From Lingula anatina (Eukaryota > Animalia > Brachiopoda), in the NCBI GenBank assembly GCA_051362555.1, contig CM120646.1, forward strand, positions 24,302,076-24,365,059: a stretch of DNA of 62,984 nt, given 5' to 3'. Of the stretch, positions 38,274-51,400 are shown piece by piece. Numbering within the stretch: position 1 is the stretch's first letter; every line of letters begins with the position of its first letter. A program made the translations under genes and the position numbers. The notes beneath the pieces are model-generated. The model was not told the origin of the DNA and did no database searches. It saw only the letters and a program-made list of their open reading frames with translations.

Positions 38274-38694
38274 CGGTGTGACTGAAATACGCAATACAGC
38301 GCAACACAGTGCAATACACTTCAAAAATCAAATCCAGTTGCAATTACACAAAAGAAATGACCATTCCCAGCAAAGCAGGGTGGTATAAAAACAACCTTTA
38401 TTACTAGGTAGGTAATATCGTTGATATAACTTAACAAATCAGCAAGACTTTTATATTGTACGGTTGGCAGCCATGTTGGTGAGTGGCTTTTCTTGGCGCC
38501 TGACCAAACAATGAAAAAGTTGCAAAGTTGTATCAGCAATATTAATTACTTTGTACTATATTTTGCTTTTATATCGCCCTATTTTATTTGAGATTACCCT
38601 TTCCTGTGTTTACTTGCAACTGGACTTGTGTTATCAAGTGTATTGTACTGTGTTGCGCTGTATTGCAGTGTATTGCGCATTTCAGTCACACCCG
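38274..38694. mobile_element. MITE with ~50-bp TIRs upstream of the CACHD1-like ATG (also 59188-59608)
   Basis: CGGTGTGACTGAAATACGCAATACAGCGCAACACAGTGCAATACACTT is inverted as AAGTGTATTGTACTGTGTTGCGCTGTATTGC...ATTTCAGTCACACCCG. Confidence 0.7.
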
Positions 38695-38849
38695 TATACC
38701 AGAGTACACGGTACGAGTATCTGACAGTCACCAAGCAGTTAGGATAGATGTGCGTGTCCCTAATCAGCCCCCTTTTGTAGTATGGTTTGCTCAAAGGCAT
38801 TATGTACAGTATGCAACATGTCATTATTTATAAACACACCTTGAATCGG

Positions 38850-39280
38850 TGACAATGCCTCGCATTCGCATGACCCTTTACCTGTACATCCGGGTGGGGA
38901 AAGCGTTAAATTCCCATAAAAAATTCCACCTTTAAAAATCCTTGCATCCGTTATTCTCAATGCGCTGATAACTGAGTGTCAAACGTATAAAAGAACTGGC
39001 ATTTTCCCCCGCATATTTTACTTTTAAATTATGGACGACAACAAGCAAACAAATGCGTATTCTTACAGTCGGCATGACGTCACAAGATGGCCGTTAATGT
39101 GAAGGTCGTATATAAATAGGTCATCGCTAATGACGCTATAATCCCCGCGAAATTGTGATCAATGGAGATGAAAAGCATAGCAGTCCGTAACTACATCAAT
39201 TTCGACATTTGAAAGGGAAACCTCTTCCAAATTTGTGATTCTCCAAAAGAGCAAGTCATTTGGAGAAGATATGTACGTGG
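38850..39280. promoter_or_regulatory. CpG-enriched promoter-like segment with CRE (TGACGTCA) and YY1-like (CAAGATGGCCG) motifs (also ~59770-60200)
   Basis: TGACGTCA at 39075-39082 directly followed by CAAGATGGCCG; donor-like GTACGT at 39273. Repeated at 59998. Confidence 0.5.
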
Positions 39281-40159
39281 TATCTTTATTTTTATTTGTT
39301 TTTCGCATGGATAAGTTGCGTAAGTTGTATAAAGAACAGAAGGGGGCGTGTCCACAAAGAACCGGTTTTTTAATATGTACCCAGATGTTCATTGACATAT
39401 ATAAAAATTGTTAAATGAGAAATGTCACTTCTTTGTTTAGATTGGAAGAATACGATTAAAAACTTAAAGAAGTCACCTAGAAACTTGAAATTACTAGCTT
39501 GTTTTAAAATACTGTATGTTTATGTGCCAGTCAAAGCTTAAGCATACAGAACACTAGGGGCAGTGATGCCACTGACTCACTATGCTTTTATATCAACTCT
39601 ATTTATTAATTTATACAAATATTAAGATTCATTTAAGAAGACTTAGTAAAAATCATTTAAATTGACTTAATAAGTATATTATTAAATACATTTTGTATGG
39701 TTTAATTTTAGCATTTAATTTATCAACTTTGTGATATAAAAAGAACATCTTCAGAATAAAGCCTATTTGGAAGGAGAAATATGACATTTGTAGTATCAAA
39801 TTTTAACTCGCACTATACTGTTTCTAATTAAAAATAAGTTGTGCAAAAAATCATGCTGCCTTCATTATAATAAGTTCACTTCTATCTCTGTCACAAAGTT
39901 ACATAATTGTGTTGTACAAATGTTATTGCTTCATGTTAAATTAATAAACTTGTTATTTTTAATTTTACGGTGTCTTTCATTTATCTATTGGTAATGCAGA
40001 TTAAAAGGAAACATTTCAAGATTTTACAGATTTATTTGCACCAACAAAAGCAAATGTAAAAGTAAGGCACTTTCTCCAGGAAATCCAAATAATTGATTAT
40101 TATGCCAACGAACAAAAAAAAATTGTTTCTCATCTGTAAAAAATATGACATGAAAATCC

Positions 40160-41043
40160 AGTTTTATTTGTCATTATGACTAATGATCTGAGCACCAAAT
40201 GTGACATTCAAATATGTAGATGACACCACAATTCTAAGCTACAGGAATACCAAACTGCAGGACAATCTCCCTGATGCAACAACAGAACTTACTCTCTGGT
40301 CCCATGCTAATAAACTAACAATAAATACTACCAAGACCAAAGAGATCATATTTGATTTCTCCAAAAAAGGACACTAAACTACACCCTTGCTAGTAGATAA
40401 TCAAAGGATTGAGAGAGTGGGGTCTGCTGTCTTCTTAGGGGTTAGGATCAGTAGTGATTTGAGCTGGGAAGGCTACACAATCTTGAGCTTCTGAAAAGAG
40501 CGGGTATTCCAACCAATGAACTTGTAAGCTTTTATACATCAGTAATCAGACCTACATTAGAATATGCATGTCAGGTGTGGCACCCAGGTCTTACACAACA
40601 ACAAATTGATAAAATTGAATCCATTCAGATTAGAGCATGTAAGATTATATTCCCAGAGCTGTCCTACGATGGGGCACTTGAAACATGTAAACTTATCACT
40701 CTTGCTTGTAGAAGAGATGAACTATCTAAAACATTATTGCATAACATGTACTCTGAAGGACACAAAATCAATCATTTGCTACCAGAGATAAATGAAAGTT
40801 CCTACACTTTGCGCCGGGTTTATAAGTACACTGTGCCAAAATTGAGGACTGCACGATTGTCAAAAACTTTTATCCCATGGGCTTTATCTAATTTTAAGAA
40901 CTGAGTTTTTTATGAATTTTTAATGTGTATCGAATCATTTTAAAACTTGCAAGTATATTTTAAGATTGTGCATCTCACGACTATTTGTTTTTATTGTAAA
41001 ATCCAACTTTTTAAGTTGCAAATAAATACATATTATTATTATT
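40160..41043 (+). mobile_element. Same LINE fragment in unit 2, with a stop codon and an internal deletion
   Basis: Paralogous to 17641-18550. GGACACTAA stop, and loss of the segment between GGAAGG and CTACAC. Confidence 0.85.
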
Positions 41044-42486
41044 AAAATCCTGAATACAAGTTGGATTTGAGTCAGCAAGGAAATGTGTAAGTAAATAAAA
41101 CAAATATTTTAATAACAATAGTATAGGATAAAGAAGGTGCCCATCATTACTACTTTATTAAAGTAATTGTATATACCATATTAATGCAGAAAATTATTTC
41201 CAAAATACATCTAGGATATTGTACATTGCATAGTGTGTCCATAAAAGTTCCCAGCATAAAACATCTGGAGTAATTAAGGCTTACATTATCAAATGTAAAA
41301 ATAATTGAAATGGCTGTTACTTGAGCAAAAGAAAAGAGGTCTAAGACAGAGGAAAAAGTTGTCATTGGCCAATAAAACCATTTTTACCTTTCCCAGTGTA
41401 TAACATTATAAATATAAACTGTAAACACATACATACAGATACAGACTGAAACCGTTTTTACCTTGACTGATAAGACCACTGCAAAAATCATTTCTTCGAA
41501 GATCAAGATGATAATATAAATAATTTATACAGCATAAATAATTCTTCCAGTAATAATTTTTTTTTTCTTTTACTTGGTTTACAGCAGGGGTCCTCATTGT
41601 TAGGACAATTTTGTCATTGTTAACTTTTTTATTTTGTAAAATAAATCCAGTAAAAAAATATATTCTGACACATATATTCAGATATTCACAATGCCTGTGA
41701 TGTCTGTATATTATGCAATATTTTTCCATACAGATATGCATCATTTCTGAACTGCTTAGTTTCTCCATCTGGTTTCAAAATGATAATGAGTGAACAGTGT
41801 TCCAGATGAGTTGAGCAATTTCAATGACAGTTATATGATATGTATTAATATATAGTCTAAAATCTCATTTCTGGCAGTGGGGTATTCTTTGAGAAAACAT
41901 GAACATTTTCAATGGATATTTCTTTTGGATAGAAGAAAAAGTATATTCGACAAAGATGTAAATAATGCTCAACACTGTGTTAATTTAATGGAAATTAGAA
42001 TGCATAGAGATTCAGTTCTCACTTCACTTCTCTTGAGTATTAATAATAATAATAATATCCTATAAAAATAGTTAATAATTAAATATATGTAATACAAAGA
42101 ACATAAAGAGATAAAAAGCAGTGTTTTTGCTCATCTGGAATGTGAATTGGGATGAAAATCATGTTATCACATCTGGAATGTGAATTTGTATTGAATATCA
42201 CATTAACATGTCTGGAATGTGACATGGGATAAGTAATTTGTTGTCCCATCTTAAATGTGAATTGTGATGAATAAATCACATTATACAACGTGAGGAACAT
42301 GTACCTATGTTAAGCAACTTCACTGCAATCCTGTACACACACCTGATACCAGTATTTCAGATAAAATTATCTGGAAATGGCAAGACTTTAAAGTGCAAGT
42401 GATGCTTAAGCCAAGTGCTCTGTCTCTCACATCCTAATCATATCACCTGTCTATAAGAAATTTGAAGATGAAATAAAAAAGCACTG

Positions 42487-45400
42487 TTACTTATAAGTGA
42501 ACCCTTGCTGATAGACCTCTGTGTAACTTGGTGGGGGGTCCACATAAACGTGTCCAAAGGAGGGTGGAGCAGACGGGTTCACAGGGGGGGAGGTTGTATC
42601 AGAGACAGCCAAGATATTGGAGCTGGGGCTATTCACAGTATGTGGTGTTATGGGCTTAGATGCACAGATCTTCCCTTTCTTGTACAACATGAATATGGTG
42701 ATGATTAAGATAAGTAGTATAACTGCCCCTATGACTCCCCCAGCCACTGCCCCTGCATTGTTTTCATCAGATGTTTGTGTTTCACATTCAGGATCTGAGC
42801 AGGTATCTGTAATGGGGTCAGTATAAATAAATCTATAATTATCATAAATTAATACAATAATTATAATAAATTAATATATTTTAAAGTTGAAGTGAACCAT
42901 TTCGACTAGCTATGCCCAGAATTTTTGCTTTTTTATCAGAGTTTGAGTGTAAGCACTTGTGAGAGTTTGTGCATGTGTACGCAATACATACCATTAGAAC
43001 AGGACTGACCCAGTTTTCCAAAGTAACATACAGACTGGCTAGCACAGAAAGGGGACTCTAAAGTTTCTCCTTCTTTGCCCAGAGAGCACCAACTGCACCC
43101 CGCCACTAAGAAACAGGAGCTGGAATACATTAAGATACAGCTTTTTAAAAAAACATTAGTAAGTTGAAAAATTTTTAATAAACACGAAAAAGATTGAACA
43201 AGCACACTACATAAAATGAAAATGTTAATTTAATAACTGGTAACACTTAGTGAACAAGCAACAATGGTGAAGCTTGCAAAATAATAATAACAATTACATT
43301 TAACAAAAATTCAATGGAAATAATCAAGAAAGTCATTTTCAAATCATTAAAAATCTTCTATGATCAAGTTAACCACAGATGTTACAGTAAAAACTTTATC
43401 CAATAGTTCTAACTTCTACTTCCATGTGCTTAGCCCTGTGGTACAGAGTTAACTGGAATCTCTCCTCCACCGTCAGGAGAGCTATAACAACAGAAGCACC
43501 CTGACAACAGAGGGGAGTCTGCAATAAACTTGGGAACTCAGGGCAATCCACTTAAGAGCTTGACAAGCCGTCTAAATTTCTACTTGCCCCAATCCAAAAT
43601 CAATTTTTAAAAGACTTGGGAGGTTGTGGGGAAGTAAGGGGCAAAAAAAAAAAAGAAAATCAAATAGTGGTGGTGGATGGGTGGGTGGGTGGGGGGGGGG
43701 GGTGCTTTATAACAGCCAATTTACATTGGGCAAGTGGTTCATTAGCAAACACTTGTCTTTGTCTTAAATTCTAGTTGCCTGACTGCAGAAATCACCAGGC
43801 GAATTCCATAATACCTCCAACAGTTATCATATGTTAAGTCTTCCACTAACTCCTAGGAGCTTTTTTTGAGCACTTTGCAAACAGTCTTCCACAAGTCTTA
43901 TTTCAAATTGCACACCGATGGAAAAAAAAGAAGGTTTCAGTGACCTCTCAACTCAGGATGAACTCAAGTTGTACTTACTCTTGGGAACTTTTAGCTGAGC
44001 AGTTCACAGGGATGCAGAGGTCCAGGTCTTTCACCTTCTCGACTTCCCCCTTGGCAATATCTGTAAGGTCAGGCGCTGGGGAGGCACAGGTTTGGGCCGA
44101 ATCACTAGAGTGAACAAGACATTCATATTTGATATGAATACAAGTTGCTAAGAAAAATATTAGAAGAAAAGGGGCCTATGGCCCTGAAACTGGGAGATAG
44201 GGGGCTGCTTTTTTTTTTTTTTTTTTTACACAGAAACCGCCAATTGACTACATTTACTTCAAATACAGGTTCATTATTTTTGGTCTAATAGAATCAATAG
44301 TACAAGAAATTGATAAATGTAAATATCATAATTGAAGATCTAAAACAGAATGGTGAAGTATGAACTGGTCTATCTGTCTCAGAAGTAAAGTAGATGAATA
44401 GCAGCAAAGCTAATGTTTCCTTTCAATTTATACCCGACATGAAAAAAAATTCATTGTATTGTATTGTAAAATTGTATTCTGTGGTTGTGCCTTAAGGTTT
44501 GTTTAAGAAGAATAAAGATAACCGCATGTTTCACAACCACTTCCTATAATAAAAATTTGTACAGTAGTTAAAGCTGTTAGCCTTGCTGTGGCAGGGACAC
44601 TTACTATAATAAGGTGTAAAAATTTGTACAGTAGTTAAAGCTGTTAGCCTTGCTGTGACAGCGACACTTACTATAATAAGGTGTAAAATTTGTACAGTAG
44701 TTAAAGCTGTCGGCCTTGCTGTGACAGGGACACTTACTATAATAAGGTGTAAAAATGTGTACAGTAGTTAAAGCTGTCGGCCTTGCTGTGACAGGGACAC
44801 TTACTATAATAAGGTGTAAAAATTTGTACAGTAGTTAAAGCTGTTAGCCTTGCTGTGACAGCGACACTTACTATAATAAGGTGTAAAATGTGTACAGTAG
44901 TTAAAGCTGTCGGCCTTGCTGTGACAGGGACACTTACTATAATAAGGTGTAAAAATTTGTACAGTAGTTAAAGCTGTCGGCCTTGCTGTGACAGGGACAC
45001 TCGCAAGTTTGTCTTGGAGTACATTCAAACTTGGACGGAGACACGCAACTAAAAGGCTGTAAAATAATCATCACTTTATAGTATCAGATACTGAGTATTC
45101 TATTATATCCATTATATTACAGAGATGTAAGCCTAAGTTACAGTGTTTTGATTTTGACCAAAAAATAATGCTAACAACTGTCAACAATGGGTGACCCATT
45201 CCTTACAGAAAGCCACCACAGTGGAAGTGAGTGGGTAATTAAGTAATCAGGCGACGTAATTCATGACTTCTTAGAAGGCTGTGAAAGTAAAAAACATTAA
45301 AAAATGATACAGGGTCAAAATATTTCTTTCAACTTGAGCAAAACAATTAAAACTGGGATTCATTTATGAAGAATCAAACAATTTGTAAATAAATATTGAA

Positions 45401-48400
45401 AAGTAAGCCTTCAAGATTGTCATTTTTATAAAAATCTTTACATGATAAATCAATTTATTTGCTATATCAATATTATTAATATTTAAAATAATATTCAAAG
45501 TCATATATAATTGACTTACACAAGAACAAGAAATACTTTCTGACATATTCTTCCTGTAGATTATCAGGAAAATGTTGCTGTTATTAATTGGTTGTATTTC
45601 ATATGATGGACTGCTCTGCATGAGATCCAGTCCATTAGGATTTGGCAAACTGACCTGAGAAATGATTCAAACAAGTTGGTTTAATAGGACAATATATCAA
45701 AATTTTACTTAAGAAATACGTATGTAAAGTTTCTAACTTTATTGTAGAGAACAGTTAAAAGAGACAGTACAAAAAAATTTATCAGATTAGATGCCTTCAT
45801 AATGAATAAAATATTAATCAAACATTTATAAAAACTGCTACCATTTACCTGCCAAAAATATTGTTCCTTGATTGACTCAAAATCCAGGCAGCTTCTCTTG
45901 GACAGCAGCCCCCTAGTGATCAGGTTTGAACCTATTACAGGTTCCTGAAAATGAAATCCATCCTTTGCAATATGAAAAGGGAAACATTTTTCATGTACAG
46001 ACACATGTGTCTGTATATATAGCCATCACAAAACCCTATTCTGGGCAATGCCTCCGTAGTGGCAGTGAAAGAAAGAACTTGCTCTTCTCACACTTACTGG
46101 AAAGAATCATAGGATTGAAATACAGCTTCAGTTGAAAAATTGTCTCATTAGTTAATTGTTTGGAAGTAATACAGGTGTTTTGTGAAAATGTTTATCTTTC
46201 ACATGTTGCAATTTTCAATATGGGACTTAGAGCTTCCTTGGGCATGAAGCCCAGTGGTAATCAAATTTTCTTAATGTCCATGTTTTTAATAGTAGATATT
46301 TTAAAATTGGTGGTATTTATACAGTTAATCATTATGTAATGTTGCATCAAAATTGATAGAAAAACTACTTTGTGCTCTGCCACCATTAATATTATGTAAA
46401 GTGAAGTGTTACTTTCTATTTTTTTAACTAGTCTTATACAAGAATGATTCTTAGGATTGACATACAGCTCATATTAGAAAGCCAGCTTTATTGCATTATC
46501 ATTTTTATTAAATTTATGCATTTTTTGTGAAATTTTCATTTTTCTTATTCTGGCACTTTCTAATTGTAAACTTGAACTCTAATGAGCCTGAAGCCTTATG
46601 CTTTTACTTTCATCAGTGTTACCTGATGTGCATAATTAAAAGTTGATGTTGATTGTGCAGTTAAACATTATATATTATTGCATCAGAATTGACAGTCTCC
46701 TGTTTTTGTGCATTATTGTTTTTCTGCTTTTCTTAATATAAGGTGTGACTTATGGGCCTGAAGACCTTTGATAGACAACTTTGTGTGGTCAGTCTGTAAA
46801 TTCCCCTTGGGTATTCAGGCTTAATTCAGTGCTATAAACTCATTTGCCTAATTAAGTGGCCATTAAATGAGATTTCATAAAGCACACTTGTTAATATAGT
46901 GTTCATAATAAGGAAGCAGTGAATAGCAGCTTCATTGGAATTATATTTTTGTTGTTTTCTTTTTAATTTTTTCTCCAACACTGGCATTTTTAAGATGTGA
47001 CTTTTAACTCCCATCCACCTGAGGCTCTGCACATTTTCTTTATTTCCACATAAGCAGTTGTATTGGTATTTATGTCTTTAAACACTATGTAATATAATTA
47101 TTTTATGCACTGTCATCATTTTTCATATATTGGGACTTTCATCATGTGAATTTTCACTCTCATGGTGCTGAAACTGTAATCTTATTGAAGGGGTGGATTG
47201 AGACCATCTTCTGACAGTCGGATTTTAAAGTTTATATTAATGGGTATCTATTTTTTCTGTTGGAAGACCACCAAAATGGAAGATGGATCAACAAAGATAC
47301 TTTGGAATATTGTCAGAAAAAATATCTGGATCTGCTCCTGTTATTGACCAAGTTACCTGTTGCGCATGATTAAAAAATCAGTGTTGACTGACTGTGCTAT
47401 TATAAGCATTATTAATTATTGCATCAAAATTGACAAAATGACCTATTTTGCATCTTTTTTTTTTCCTGTTTTTTGTCTGTACATTTGACAGCTTTGCTGC
47501 CTTGTTTTTGTTTTAAATACTGCAATTTGCATGTTTAAAAAGCAATTAATTCTTTTGATTATTAAAAATAATTCAGACAATCACTGCCTTGTTTTTCCAA
47601 TCTTAGAAAACTTGTATAAGCAATTCTGAATTCTAATTTACAATAAGTAATTCACCCTGTTCAAGGTATGCATTGCTTACCTTTTTTAAAATGTGTACAT
47701 TTTCAATATCAGGTGTGTCTGTAGCTTTTACAAAATCATCATGCATTACTATGAAACCACTGGAATCCATCACTAAGCAGCTAAAACATAATAAATATCC
47801 ATACGTACCAATTAACAAAAAAGAATATTGTATGTAAACATATTCTTTTTCTCAATATAATATTTCTATCATCAAGCACTAGGTTAAAATTCAAAAATTC
47901 CCAAAGTTTTTCAAAAGTAAAAGATTTCTTTAAAATACTTGTATAATGTACATATAATGAAACAATTTAAGTAATTGGTTGTTACCTGTATCCAGCATCT
48001 CTACAGTTTGCATATCTGTCCTGAATCACCTGGTAGAAATAAGTAATGGTGAAGTCTGTCAAAATAACTGCTGTCACCTTGTCATCAAGTGTGTGCACTC
48101 CTCCAGCTCTGACATAATAATAATACATAAAAAATAATGGTGAAATATAATATGTCCATATTTCTATCTTGATGTTACTTTTCTGTCTTGTGTAAAGTTG
48201 GCCCAAAAAAGTTAAACATTATCAAATTTGTCGCTTGGGAGGTGAAATGATGTTCTATGAATGTGCCTGTAGGGTAAAACATGGTATGGGTCTTTAAAAA
48301 CAAAGAAATTTTTTACCTTTAAAAATATGGCATTGTGCACTTTTATTTCATTAGAATATTGCTACCAAATAAATATGATATTATTCTACTTTATTATTAT

Positions 48401-51400
48401 CATTATTACAGATATTACTCACTTTCCCTCATATAAAGTATGACTGAGTGTTATGACATAGCCAGAACCCCAAACATCCAAATATGGCGGCGAAACCACA
48501 TTTGTGTCCTTGTATGTTAAGGTCCTCTTGAACCTAAAAAATGGAGGTAACAGTTCAAGGAGAATCTATTCAGTGTCTATTAGTGGATTAGATGGCATGT
48601 TTTTTAGAGGGAAGCCATATTTGACCTGCAGACTAGTTAGTCCACTGTTCTGAATGTGGCCTTAGCCTAACAATAATAAGACTGGATTTTTCTTCAGACT
48701 CGGGTAAAAGTTAATTCACTAAACATAATCTGACAAAAATAAACAGGTACCAAGCTCTCCTGGTGTGGTCGTAATTTTTTGTCAGCTGCAACCCTGGGAG
48801 AAGTCTCATCAATCCGTCCATTGTTCCAATAGATCTATATACAACAAAGTCTGCTGGTTTCCTCTTCCAGATTTCTTCAGCTTTGTATGTGATCACTACA
48901 CTGTCCAGAATGGAGGTCTGGGAGAGAAACAGACACCAAAATACTACAAATGATAAACAGAATCAAATTCTATCCATATTTTAATGGATTAAGTAAAGTA
49001 GTATTCTATAATAATAATATCAAATTATTTTTAAGTAACTGGAAGAAAAACAGACAGCAAAATACTAAATGACAAACAACCAAAATGTCTAAATATTTTA
49101 ATGGGTTAATGAATTTAATAATCTATAATAATAATAATATCAAGTTATTTTAAAGTAACTTCACTTTACAATGGTGACTTAGTCTTTGCCTATGTTTCTA
49201 AATTACTAGGCAATTCAGGAGAACACATCCTCACAGATGTGTTCCTTTGAACATTTTGAATCATGTCACACCAGAGATTTACATGAAACTATCACAAGTC
49301 AAATGTGTGGAGGGGGGAGGGAAGAGTATTTACGACTGGATTTCCATACCTAGATCAATCTAACAGGATCGATCCATCTCCACGGGGTTCTCACTAATTT
49401 GCTTTCAGCTTAAGGGGCTTATAGATGTCTGGCATGCCCAAAGAAGCTGCTAAACAATTATAGTTAATTACCCCCAAGCAGCTTCAGTAGGTGTGACAGA
49501 ATTCTAAGCCACAAGATAATTGCAATTTAGTGAGAATCTCCTTGGAGATATATGGATCCACAGTTAGTACGACAGGGTCTGGGAATGATCCCTATGGCTT
49601 ATGACCTAACTGCAGACACCACACTGTGCCTCAGACACCTGTCCTGCATTAGAATTGACAATTAGATCTGTCACAAATACTGCATTTTTAAGGCACAGAT
49701 TACCTCAGGAGCCCTTATATAGAATACACAACTAACCTTCAAGCCAGGGTTCTGTGAGCTCTGTCCTGTGAGATATCTCTCATATTGTGTGACATTGGTG
49801 GCTGTTTCCTCAGTGTTCAGATAGTGATATGGCTGTCTGAAGGCCCCTGGGGTGAGCATCACTGCACTAGAGTCTGTAATATGGACAATAATTTAAAATC
49901 AAACAAATATCATCTTTTTCTACTCTGCATCATTATTACTACCATTTTGCAGAATACTATTTGAGGTATATTTTGATAAAATTAAAGAGAGATCTTTTAC
50001 GACAAAATATCAATTTCCTGAATCATTTTCATTCAAAAAAACCATGTGGCTTATCACAGCATACCACACATGTTAAAGCTCTTGCATATGTTACTATAAA
50101 GAGTACGAACCTTTCGATGCATATCGAGAAAAGTGCTTGCATGGACTTGATGGAGGTTCGAGGTCATATCTGTGGTAGTTAAACATGGCCGACGTTGCAG
50201 TCTGAGGTGACGGCACACTGATTTTGTCACCCTCTCCAATGACAAGACATACCGAGATATTACTCCCAGGAATCTGAAAAAACGTGAGTTGGTCTTATCT
50301 TGTAGTGCCACCTATTTGGGATAAAAGAGTTATTTCCACGGTGTTGTGATATATTGTCATTGTTACAGTACTTAATGTAATCAAGAGTGAGATTGTGACA
50401 GAAATAAACAAGTAAAAAATAACAGAATGATATAATGATGGGGCCAGTCTAAAATGCACATAATCATGTAAACCATTTAGTCAGATTGTACGCAGATGCA
50501 CATTTTAACTTTTTCTTTAAACTAAAAAATTAAAATTAAATGAAGCACAACTGAAACTAAAATTAATCTTTAATTTAGTAGCTCCCTGTCACAAGTTTTC
50601 AAATGCATCTTTCCTAGTCATTTAAAGTTACTTATAATCAGAAATTAGTCTTTATTTGAAGCTGAAGTCTTACTGGTGCCCAGAAGTAATGTGACATGAC
50701 ATTTGTTATGCTGACACCTTCTCTGAACACATCTCCTCTGGCCTGTGTTCTGGTGGAAACAAAGCTGCTGTTATCCTCCTCACCCCTGAGAAGAAAAATA
50801 AAAAATAGATGTTTTAATTGTGGCAGGAAGAGAGTTAAAAAAATGACCTGAAGTAGGCAGAGATTAACACAGCAATACTGCTGGAAGACAGATCTGACAC
50901 AGTGCTTCAAATTCAAGAAGCAGTATGTCATGAGAAAAATGTAGTTGCAGATTCTTTGGATTTATCTGATGCCCAAAATCTCAAATATCATCTCTCTAAT
51001 TCCTTAAAAAAGATAATAAAATGCTAGAACTAAGGATATTTAAGCTTGAGATATACTTCTATAAAAACAGCACTAAAATCTGGGTATGATCTGACTCAGA
51101 AAATTACATTTGTCTATAAAGCTAATAAATAAAAGCAACCAATCTAACTTGATCATGGAGCTAATCACTGCTTTCGCAGCAGGTGCCCTCTCCAAGTGAT
51201 GAATATCCACAAAGATAGGATCATCTGTGACATCATAGGGTCTTGGCAGCAGAGGGTGGGAATATGTCCTGCCATAGCCATTGATAACAAAGGCATAGCT
51301 CAGTTCACCCTTGTCAAAATAGGTGGCTTCAGAGAGGAGTTCACTCATGGCAACATCAGAGCAAGCTACACCAATTAGTCGGCCACTGTGGTATGCAGGC

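Larger units (their letters stand above)
16962..39475. repeat. Tandem segmental duplication unit 1 (~22.5 kb)
   Basis: Begins CCTAGAAACTTGAAATTACTAGC, the same sequence that starts at 39476 and 60399. Colinear, near-identical content with unit 2. Confidence 0.95.

Noticed and set aside
39087-39119. MAVNV... start resembling EB1/MAPRE
   Set aside because: Only five residues match, a stop follows after 10 codons, and no EB1 sequence continues.
44804-45028. 74-aa repetitive ORF as a separate gene
   Set aside because: Chance open frame through the 67-bp minisatellite and exon 20 in an alternative frame.
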